52,098 nt of DNA from Basidiobolus meristosporus CBS 931.73 (Eukaryota; Fungi; Basidiobolomycota): positions 1 through 52,098 of the forward strand of contig MCFE01000621.1 in NCBI GenBank assembly GCA_002104905.1, read 5' to 3'. Each line of letters begins with the position of its first letter. The first letter of the stretch is position 1. The position numbers and the translations under genes were made by a program. Positions 34,465-45,314 of this stretch are shown here, piece by piece. A model generated the notes under the pieces. The model saw only the letters and a list, made by a program, of their open reading frames with translations. It searched no databases and was not told where the DNA came from.

Positions 34465-37400
34465 TGTTGTAACTTAAGAAGGGACTTAGATATAAGGAAC
34501 TTATCAAGATATAGCTATAATAGTTCAACTGGTGTCTATTCATAAAGAGGATCAGTATTTATACCTTTGTAGAAGTAATACAGCTGTAAAACTATGTCAT
34601 GCAGGTCTCTTAACACTTGGGAGCATCCTGTAACAGCTTCAGAGTTAGTACATAGTTATTGGTAAAAAGTGTTAATTTAATCTTCATTACAGCAGAATAA
34701 TCATAGGATTGTAGGTGTGTAGAAACTGGCAAAGTTGGGACAGCAAATAGGTCCTACAGTGACTAAGAATAGTCTAGAATTGTTAAGTAAACTTTTAGCT
34801 GCTGAATGATACCAAATAGTCCAATATTTTGAAACTCCCCCTCAACTAAATTATTTCTTAATCCTAATTCCGCTCTGAGAATCTCAAATGGTGGTCTAGC
34901 TAGTGGTTTTGTCAGTGGACTTGTTCTATTGGATAGTGCCACATTGAGCTGTGAGTGCCAAATGATGCCATAGTGTGCCAGGGAGGCCAAGTGAACTTAT
35001 ACTTGGCCACAGAGTGTAAAACATAGCTCTGCATCTTCATGCAAAGCAGCCCCTGTGTTTCACCTATTGTGTTGGAGAAAATCCATTTTTTGACCTTTTT
35101 TTCTGGATCAATGTTGTGCAGGATGTGTGAGAGCACAGAATGACTGAAGACATGCATCTGGTACTCAATACCCATGGCACTCTGAGTCTAGCTCCTGTGG
35201 CTTGTATCATGTCACAAAAATGAATGGCACTATCTTGGTCCACTGGTACTATTTGGCATCATAAGTGCTTTGTATAGGTCTTACTTTTGGGCTAACATCT
35301 AAATATAGTGCCTGATAGTACCAGTGGACCAAGATAGTGCCATTCATTTATGTGACATGACACAAGCCACAGGAGCTAGACTCAGAATATCATGGGTATT
35401 GAGTACCAGATGCATGTCTTCAGTCCTTCAGTGCTCTCACACATCCTGCACAACATTGATCCAGAAAATAAGGTCAAAAATGGATTTTCTCCAACACAAT
35501 AGGTGAAGCACAGGGGCTGCTTTGCATGAAGATGCAAAGCTATGTTTCACACTCTGTGGCCAAGTATAGGCTCACTTGAGCTCCCTGGCACACTATGGCA
35601 TCATTTGGCACTTATGGTACAATGTGGCACTATCCAACAAAACAAGTCTAATATATCTGCCACCATTTTGTCAGATGGACAGTAAACTAACTCTACTAAG
35701 TTATTTTCTACAGCTTCCCTCAAAAAGTGATGTAGTATATCTATGTGCTTAGTTCTGGCATGATTAGTAGGATTCCTAGCTAATGAAATACAACTTTGAT
35801 TATCTTGGTAAATACATGTTGGCTCATCTGAATTAAAACCCAAGTCTTTGAAAATTTTCTGTTGCCATATTGCCTCCTTAGTTGCTTGGCAAGCAGCTTT
35901 ATATTTAGCTTCAGTTGTAGATAGGGCCATAGTTTGTTGTTTCTTGCAATTCCAAGTAATATCTGCACCAGCGTAAGGAAATAAATACGCAGTGGTAGAG
36001 CATCTGTCAATCAGATCTCTACCCCAATCTGAATCACTACAACCATCAAATTTTTGCCTATTAGCTGCTCCAGAGTATTCCAGTACCATATTTATGGTAC
36101 CTTGCAGATATCTGAAAATCCACTTAGCTACTGTAATTTGTTCTGATCCATAATTCTGCATGAATTGAATGACTGTTCCAATTGCCACTGCAATATCTGG
36201 ACGTGTAGACACCATCAAGTACATTAGGCTACCAACTACTGATTGATAGGGAAAGTTTTGGTCCATATTTGAGCCATTTACATCTATAACTGGCTGAGAT
36301 TTGCTTAATTCCAGGTTATTGTCCATAGGGGTAGCTGCAAGTCTGCAATTTTCCAATTTGAAGCGTTCAAGAATGCTCCTGATGTACTTTAACTAACTCA
36401 GCACAGTTTTCTGTGTAGGTATGTCAATTTTTACCTCAATTCCAAGAAAATAGCTCAATTTCCAAGATCTTGCTGCTCTTGTAGCTGTAATTAGGTTGTC
36501 CACATAATGAACTAGGATGATCACACCCCTTTTGAGCTGTTTCACATATATAGTGTGATCTGCAGTGCTACAAGAGAACCCAATTTCCTCTAGATATGTG
36601 TAAATCTTGTTATACCATGCTCTAGGTGCCTGCTTAAGTCTCTACAACAATTTTCTAAGTTTGCACATCTTATGGGGGTCTTGTGGATGGGTAAAACCTT
36701 CTGGTTGCTCTAAATATATAGTTTCTTGCAAATCCCCATTTAAAAAGGCTGCTTTTATGTCCATTTGGTGTAGATCTAGACTATGTACAGCTGCCAGGGC
36801 TAGAATTGTCCTAATGGAGTTAAACTTGGCAACTGGAGCAAATGTTTCCTTAAGTCTAGTCCCTAGATCTGGGAATAGCCTTTAGCCACAAATCTAGCCT
36901 TTTACTTATCAATGGCACCATTTGAGGTTATCTTAATCTTGTAGACCCATCTACATCCTATTGGCTTTCTCCCATTTAGTAAGTCTACCAGTTCTCACCT
37001 TTTTGCCTTGATCAGTGATTGGTACTCCTCCTGCATGGCTTGTTGCCACATTGTAGCATCTGGACTTTGCATTGCCTGTTCCAGATTCTGAGGTTTGGCA
37101 CATAAGGTATGATAAGCTTCTTCATGATCATTGCATGTCTGCAACCAGGATCTAGGGGCATTTCTTATACTGGTAGATCTTCTAACTGGGATAATCTGTT
37201 CTGATCTGGAACTGGTGGAAGTATCTTCCGTATCTGGCTGAATTTGGTATGCATGTTCTTCATTAATGTTGATTGCATCATTGGGCAGCTGGCCAATGAT
37301 TTCTGTGGCTTTCTGATCTGAATTCTCCTCAAATACAACATCCATGCTCTTGATCAGCTTCTGAGCTTTGCCTTTATACACTTTATACCCTTTAGTCTCT

Positions 37401-39831
37401 TGACAATAACCAAGAAAGATCCCTTTCCTACTCTGTGGTTCCATCTTTGAGCGTTTTTTGTCAAGGATGTGATAAAAATTATTACTGCCAAAGATCTTGA
37501 GGTGGTAGAGATCTGGTTTTTTGCCTGTATATGCTTCAAAAAGTGTAGAATCACGTAGTGCTGTTGTTGGACATTTTTTCTTGACGTATACTGCAGTAAC
37601 AACAGATTCAGCCCAAAACTTGTAGTTCATTTGCTTATGATGTAGCATGGATCTTCCCATCTCTACTATTGTACTATTTGCACGTTCTACTAATCCATTT
37701 TGCTGTGGAGTATGAGGAACTGTGGTCTGTTCAAGTATTCCTGTAGACAAGCAGTATTTTGCAAACTCCTTTGAGCGGTATCCCCCCATTGTCACTTTGA
37801 AGTATCTTCAATTTACATCCAGTTTGTGCTTCTGCCATGTTCTTGAAGTGGTTAAACATCTCTAAAGTCCCATTCTTTGTTTTGAGGAAGTATACTTGTG
37901 TATATCTTGTCTTGTCATCAATAAACATCATAAAGTATCTCTTGGCTCCAAAGGACAGTGTTCTCATGGGCCCACATATGTCTGAGTGTACAAAAGCCAA
38001 TATTTTGGTGGTGTTGATGCCTCCTGAGCTCCTGAAGCATTGCCTAGCTTGTTTGCCAAATGAACATCCCTTACAGACTCTCAATATGATTGAAATTGAG
38101 TAATTTGAGCCCAAAACAAGCTCTTTTATCACCAATTGGCTCATTTTCTATTCCCCAATGTGTCCTAGCCTTGTATGCCATATCTCCCAGTTAGTTTCAT
38201 CAGTTTCAGCAATGTTGGCATACTGAGGTACAGTGATCTTGCATTGTAACTTGTATATATTGTCATCTCTGATTCCCAAAGCTGATTTTTGTCCATTTTC
38301 ACTCAATATTGAACAGTTTAGCTTAGTAAAAGCAAATTTCTGTCCTTTAGCAGTTCCTTTGCTGACTGAGAGTAGGTTCTTAGCTATTCCAGTTAAGTAC
38401 AGTATGTCAGTCAGTTTTGCTGCTGTAGCCCCTGAGATATCACTCATATTTAGTAGTATAGACCCACTGGTGGTAGCTTCCAGTGCAGAGTTGTATCCCA
38501 GATGAACCTTTCTTATGGGAATAGTCTTTGAGTTGCTGAATTACTCTTGTATACCACAAATATGCTGTGATGCTCCATAGTCAATTTGCCATTGATTACA
38601 TTGGTTACTTGCACTCTCTTGTACAGTTACAAATAACTGTTCATCAGTAGTTATATGGTTTGCCTGCTCCAGTTTTGGTTTTTTGTCTACTTGTTTCTTC
38701 TTGCATTCTCTTGCCCAGTGTCCTGGCTTCTTACAGTATTTACAGCAACCAGGTTCTCTTTGGTTTTGTTGCTTCCCCCACTTTTCTGTGTGCCTTTCAG
38801 AGCAGAATAAAGCATTGTCTTCAATCTTTTCTGCTTGGTCATTACATCTGAGTTCTTCATGGAGAAGTCTTCCATTGACATAGTCTAAAGTCAAATTGTC
38901 TTCTCTGCTTCCAAAAGATAGTATGAGCAGCTTATTCCTGTCTGGTAGGCTGCAAAGCAGCCAGAGTATCTTTTCTTCCTCATCTACACCAGCATGGATA
39001 CTGTAAAGCTTTTCTTCAAGTGTCTCCATTCTGGTAATGAGTTCAAGCATGTCATCATCTGGCTTTTTCCTCATATGGAAGAACTTTTGTTTTAAATAAA
39101 GCTTGCTTGATACTGACTTTGCTCTAAAGATCTTCCCTAAGGATTTCATGCTGCTTTGACAGTATCTGAAGCATGGATTTGTTCAATGAAGGAATCTTGC
39201 ACATTGATACATATAGCATAAAGGCTGTCTCTCCTTCTCTTGAAATTTCTCCACTTCTTTTGCTGTTCCTTTGGGCTAAACTTCTTTTCCTGTTACTATA
39301 TTCCAAAGCTTTCTTTCCTCAAGGTGGATCTGCTTCTTGATTGTTGAAAGTCTGTGATTCTTCCCATCAAGCCTCTCCTTTACAGGAAAGATATTTGTAT
39401 TGTTCTGTTTGCTGGTAGAAGTCATCTTTAAAATAGGTTAAAGCAATCAGGGCCCATAACCTGTTGCAACTTAAGAAGTGATTTGGATAAAAGGAACTTA
39501 TCAAGATATAGTGATAATAGCTGAACAGCTATTAATTCCTAAAGTGGATCAGTATTTATACTTTTCTAGAAGTAATACAACTGTAACACTAAGTAAGGAG
39601 GGTTTCTTGACAATCAGGAGTATTCTGTAACAGCTTCAGGATTACTACATAGTGTTTGGTAAAAAGTGTCAATTGAATCTTTGCTATATGAGAATAATCA
39701 TAGGTTCATAAATGTGAAGAAACTGGCAAAGTTAGGGCTGCAAATAAGTCCTACAGTGACCAAGATTAGTCCAGAGTTGTTAAGTAAATTTTTTGGTGCT
39801 GCATGATACCAAATGGTCCAATATTTCAACA
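34465..39831 (-). mobile_element. Copia-2 element D, full length, decayed
   Basis: LTRs at 39462-39831 and 34465-34834, PBS GGTTATGGGCCC at 39461-39450, PPT at 34843-34835, perfect 5 bp TSD TGTTA (34460-34464, 39832-39836). ORFs 38541..39149 (gag), 36995..37795 (integrase) and 35601..36356 (RNase H). Confidence 0.96.
34917..35649. mobile_element. Complete foldback element, 733 bp: ~336 bp arm + 62 bp spacer + ~335 bp inverted arm
   Basis: Arms at 34917-35252 and 35315-35649. Termini GGACTTGTTC / AAACAAGTCT, TSD AGT/AAT. Removal restores the copia RNase H end ADILTKPL. Confidence 0.95.
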
Positions 39832-40199
39832 TGTTACAAGTCTTGATATAAGAGTTGTAGAGTAATAGGGAGTTTGGCTAGTATTGTATTCACTAAAGTG
39901 TGAATTGATCTTTATTGAGGTTCCAGCAGGTCCTTGAATACATTTTGCTAGAGGTATTGCTGACTGATTGTATTTCCTAATATAGGTTGTGGCTGATGAC
40001 TCATATAATTGCATCATCATCACCCATGATACAATACTTAATATATCTATTTCTGTATGATAAGAATCTGCTAACTCATCTTCTTACTAATAATACTGAT
40101 CAGATAGATGACATTGATAAACTGATAGGCTAATCATAGAACTAACTGATTTGACTAAAAACTGAACCAACTTAAACATTCAAGTGGTAGATCATAATA
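39832..40199 (-). repeat. G2 5' LTR (368 bp)
   Basis: Reverse complement of the G1 LTR. Confidence 0.9.
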
Positions 40200-40209
40200 T
40201 TTAATCATT

Positions 40210-40500
40210 TCAGAGTGAGAGAAGAGCTTACATTTGCATATCTAATGAGATGCAGCATATTGGCAAGTAAAAACTGACAAATGACATATATGGAGAAAAC
40301 AGCACAATAGGTAAAATAGCCAAGATACTAAATAATCCTTAGTATGTTCAAACAAGAAGACATTCACTGTGAGAAATGTGTATGGGGCATTATTACAAGT
40401 AAATAAAGCAAGAAACACACTTTTCTGAGCAATGTAAATAAAATTGAATAAGATTATCAGTAACTGTATCCTGCCACTGGCATGATGGCAGTAATTATAG
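40210..40500 (+). mobile_element. Second, decayed fragment of the PHIS transposase C-terminus and 3' region
   Basis: Colinear with ~32200-32490 (GGAGAAAACAGCACAATAGGTAAAATAG...GTAAATAAAGCAAG). Confidence 0.8.
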
Positions 40501-40509
40501 TAAGCAACA

Positions 40510-43100
40510 CTCAATCATCTTCTGCATTTGTGTACCTTGATTGACTATTACCCTGTTTCCCACACTCCTTACTTCCTGACTCTACCAAAGCTCTTACTTC
40601 TCATACATACAAGATGGTTTTTATATTAAAGCTTCAGTTATAACTCAATTGATAGTTTTGCTGACCTACAGATGTCTCTATAGCCAATACTAATATTAAG
40701 CACAACCCCATACTTAACAAGTAACTTCATTAAGATCCACCACTTATAAACATTTCTGTTGTAAAGTCCTTTTTCCATGACTTTGGCATGTGCCCTACAG
40801 CTCTATGTCATTGTTCACTCACTGGTTCCCATATATTCAGGCTTCAGCAGGAATTGGGAGGTCTGGTACTTTATCTGCCGGCTTTGCAATAAGTCCTTGC
40901 AATACTCAGGTATGCTTTTTTGCACACTGTGCCTAATGAAGTGCTGTAACCTCTTGGTGTGTATATTAGTGTTCAAAAATTCTACTATAGGCACTGTGAT
41001 AATCTTTTGACTACTTGATTTGCTAACTTGTCTGTTAGCAATATCTCCACTCTCTCTACAATAAAGGGCACAAAGGCAGTGGTAGACAAATTACATTTCT
41101 CTGCAAGCTCATTTACCTCATTGGAGTGTAGCTCATCTCTCTAGGCTTCCAACTCTTGTGAAAACAGCTGTTGTCTTGTTTGAGATTGTTGTTACTTAAT
41201 ACAGGACTCAGCCTGTTCTGGGCCAATAGTGTTAGTTGGAAAGTACTACAGCTTTTTCTCATGGTTCCCTGTCTTTGGATTGGGTAGACTTCTTTCTCTT
41301 TACCTTGCCTTTGTTAGAGTCCTAATTTTTACTGCTACTTTGGCTAAGTGCTTCTTGTATTGTGATACTTTTGCTCCATGATAGATGTTGCACAGGCACA
41401 TCTGTTTCTGCCTGCCTGTCCCTTACCACCATTCTGATGGCAACCAAACTATCTTTGCTTCTTGTTTTGTGCTCTCAGCCTTGCTTGATACCCGGTCCTG
41501 CAAGAGTCATGAGCATTTATCACTGACAGGACTGTTGCAACTTAAGCAGTTATTTGGATATAAGGAACTTATCAAGATATAGTGATAATAGTTGAACTAT
41601 TGTTTATTTGCAAAGAGGATCAGAATTTATACCTTTGTAGAAGTACTACAGCTACAACACTAAGTAAGGAGGCTTTCTTAACATTCAGGAGTATTCTGTA
41701 ACAGTTTCAGGGTTAGTACATAGTGTTTGGTAAAAAGTGTTATTTTGATCTTCACTATAGGGGAATAATCATAGAATCATAGATGTGAAGAAACTGGCAA
41801 AGTTGGGGCAGCAAATAAGCCCCACAGTGACCCAGACTAGTCTAGAATTGCTAAGTAAATTTTTAGCTGCTGAATGATACCAAATAGTCCAATATTTCAA
41901 CATGGACCTTGAATGCTACTTTGACAGCATGATTCTTGCATTGAGCTACGTATTTATCTTGATAAATGCTGAGCTGATGCATCTGTCATTGCTTGCTTGT
42001 CCCTTGCTGGCACTCTCCTGGCTGCCTGGAACCTCTTGCTGTGACATTGAGCTACTGAGTATCTTCTTTGCAGCCAAGATACTCTGTGTTCTACTTGGGA
42101 TTCTGATTGCTCTACACCAATTATTCAACCTCTCTGTCTCTGGATTATATCTTAATTGCTCTGGGCCATCTCATCTATCCTGTAAATCATTGCACCTATC
42201 TGCCTCAGTCATACTTTGGCATAAGCTGACAACATACTTGCTAATATTGGTTGTGGTATTTTATGATAGTCATTGGCTAGCCTTCTACTAGAGGAACTAC
42301 TTTTGCTACATTCACATCTGCATGAACTTGTGATCAGCTTGTGGTTCTGCTTAGTTTCTCACTTGCCTTCATTACTGAGAGCCTGAGAAGTTTGCATACT
42401 TACCTTCAGTCAGCACACTGTTGACATGTCTTTTTAGAATATAGCACTGCTGGGTTCACTGAATGTTAGAGCAAGCTGTTGTCCAACTGCTCTTCTGCTA
42501 AGGTTGGCAATGCAGCTTGGCTGGGAATCAGACGCCTTTACTATATCTTTTTAAAGCATATATATGGAAGTAAGTCATACCAAATGGGAAATTGTGTTAC
42601 ATATACATGTTGTATGTGATGCCTCAGCTTTATTGCAAATGCTTATTATGCTGGGTCATTGTTGAATCTTCCATTCATGCAAGTTCAATATCTCAGATAA
42701 AAGACTCTCTTCAAATAACATGGGTATTGACAAAAAAGTGATTAAATAGTGGTACATTGCTGAGTGTCAAGCTGTTTGCTCCATGGAGAAGATGACTTTG
42801 TTTCAACACCACAAGAGAGGGAAATACCATCTAGTGGTTATTATAACAAGCTTTGCAGCCATGAAGCATGCCAATGGCATGCAAAGTATCAAAAGCATCA
42901 CAGCCATTGCTTTTCCATACAAGTCATCCTTGAGCAATCATCAGTCACTACTGTATCAATAATATCTTGCTGGCCACTTGAAACTTCTGCACCAGCACCA
43001 AGCTGTACTCATCAACTTGCACAAGCTGATTTAGGTGGGTTTGGGCTACCTTTTGGCTCACATCAGCCTTCTGAATATGGCTTTTGGAGTGATAACTATG
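40510..43100 (-). repeat. Unclassified repeat family U, longest copy, interrupted by a Copia-2 solo LTR
   Basis: Homologous to 19790-20400 and 29841-30888. The right boundary and the strand are uncertain. Confidence 0.65.
41533..41902 (-). mobile_element. Copia-2 solo LTR (370 bp)
   Basis: Same family as the LTRs of C and D, with a near-perfect 5 bp TSD AGGAC/TGGAC. Confidence 0.93.
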
Positions 43101-43149
43101 AAGCAGAAGGCTTGCTGATGAATTAGGAGCCTATTTCCTCTCACAATAA

Positions 43150-45312
43150 TGCCCACCATGAGCCTGGCACATTCCCAAGATCCAATGAGACAACACCCAC
43201 AGAAAAAATGTCAAGGATACTTATGCAGTCAAGTGAGTCCAGTAACCCATTTACTGGTGAATGATTTGTTGTTGTGACTAGAAAAGTGGCTTACTTCCAC
43301 CAATAGCAGTGATGGGAGCTTCAAGGATTTGCTGCTACCTTGTGCCAAAATCATTGCTCAATGCAACATACTATGTGCTTAGTACAAATGGGAAACTATC
43401 ATGCAGCAGGCAATACATGACCCAGACACTGTTCTGTTACTGGCATGTGTTAACAGTTGTATCACATTCACATCACAAAATGTCACCAGCGCAAGGTTTC
43501 CAACATGTCAATAATCCACCACTGCAGGAGGACAAAAATTTTCATTCTGTGTGTATAAGCCAGTAATACTCAGTCTGAAGATGCTCATGTAGGCAAACAT
43601 ATAGTGTGATGCCAGAAAGTATTGCCCTTAGTATCAATTAAGTGCAATCCATTGAGATACTAGATAGATATACTGGAAGTGAAATGGAGAATTAGAAAAT
43701 CCACATGATATTCACTTGTTGTTTTACTAAGTTGCAACACAAGATTGGTACTGATTGCAGAACTACATAAATCTGACTATTTGGTCATTATTAAGCAAGT
43801 CTTAGGAGTAAAGGTGCCAAGCTTACACACATTTAGGTAAGCTTCAGATTTTCCTAAAATCCCAAACTTCACTAATCCCTAATAATTAACAGATTTCATA
43901 CAAACTAATTTTCAAGTAAATATTGAGAAACATATCACTTAATCAAGTGCTGTTCAAAATACGTCAATAATATGGTGGACCTCTAATTATTTCAAAACAA
44001 GCATATCACTCATACTTGATAGCAAACTTTACATCCAATAAAGTAGCAACAGTTACTTTGAGGGTGTATATGATAATGCCTTTACCTTGGCACTTGATGG
44101 ATTCTCATTAAACAAATACTCTGGCAGCAAATCCTGCAGGCCACTTATTCTCATCAATCTCTATCTGCCACCTATTATATGGTATCAGAGCCAAAATCTG
44201 ATGGTAGTCTCACTGGTATTTGGGCCTAATTCACTGCCAAGCCTGGATAGCTGCCTGTATCCATTGGTGGATGAATTTTGTATGCCATCCCAAAGGATAC
44301 AAGTAAATGACTGTTATGTTAAATTGCATATTATTATCTGCATTGGAGATACCCCAGCCATCAGCTAAACAGACCACTTTTCTGGGCACAATGGAGAGTA
44401 TTGCTGTCAAACATGTGAGATCCAGGGGTTGTGCTCCATAACTCACAAACATTACTATTTTCCAAGCACTAATATTGAAGACATCAACTTTCCATAATGA
44501 GATTGTATCAAAGTCTGCATACAATTGCAGCTAAGCTGGTAAGCTGCAAGTCATTGACAGAATATAGAATTAATCAAAACCAGAGCTACTAAAGGTATAG
44601 GGAGTCTATTAGTGCAAAAGCTTTCCACTGGGAGCAATGCATTTGCTCTTCAACAATATCCCATTGCTAGTGACTAAGTAGTACATGGGGCAATTCAAGC
44701 TCAGTGAGTCACTTGAAATACCAGCAAAATTTGAAAGAATTGCCAAGATATTTACAAACATCCACTACCTGGAGTATTTTCCCCAAGCCCAAATCATTAT
44801 ACATATATATAAGCAAATATACTAATACAAGTACCTGATAAATCAGATATGTACTTATGCAAGTGGCCTTCTGAGGCAATTTCCAATCAGAGTACATTGA
44901 AAGCATAGGTAGTTACATGTTGACATTATTGTAATATTTATATCAGAAGCAGATTACCAATGCCAACTTGAATCATCTATAGCTTTTATGCAAGGAGTTT
45001 AGTGTTGAGATTTGAGTAGCTATAGTACAAGCATAAAGCTGGGTACATGGATCTCTGCAGCTACTGCACCCATCTTTACTCCATCTTGGTTAGTGTGTGG
45101 AAAATGTAGCACCTTGCTTCACCTTATCAGAGTTTCCTTTAGAGCACATGTGTGAGGACATATAAAGGGGAGTCAAGTTGCAGGTACTACCATATCCCAA
45201 TCTCTTCAAGACTATCATCCTGTATTTGGTTTATATCCACACCATGCTTCAGATGGAGTAGTATCACAAAGTATTCTGTAATAACTCTTATTTTGAAGTT
45301 ATGTAGCTGTGT
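43150..45312 (+). mobile_element. CACTA/EnSpm transposase remnant
   Basis: Motifs in the expected order: ACVNSCITF...PTC (~43443), LINLYLPPIIWY...GPNSLPSLDSCLYPLVDE...IGDTPAIS (44087..44368), MHLLFNNI (~44638), FPLEHMC (~45135, degenerate FP.ER.C). No termini found. Confidence 0.78.
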
Positions 45313-45314
45313 TA

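Larger units (their letters stand above)
30890..40199 (-). mobile_element. Ty3/gypsy element G2 (G1 family), internally deleted and 3'-truncated, interrupted by Copia-2 D and the PHIS transposon
   Basis: LTR at 39832-40199, PBS TGGCAGCCGC at ~34458-34449, gag 33916..34116, RT pieces 33311..33511, RNase H 32670..33074, continuation at 30890-30992. Confidence 0.9.
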
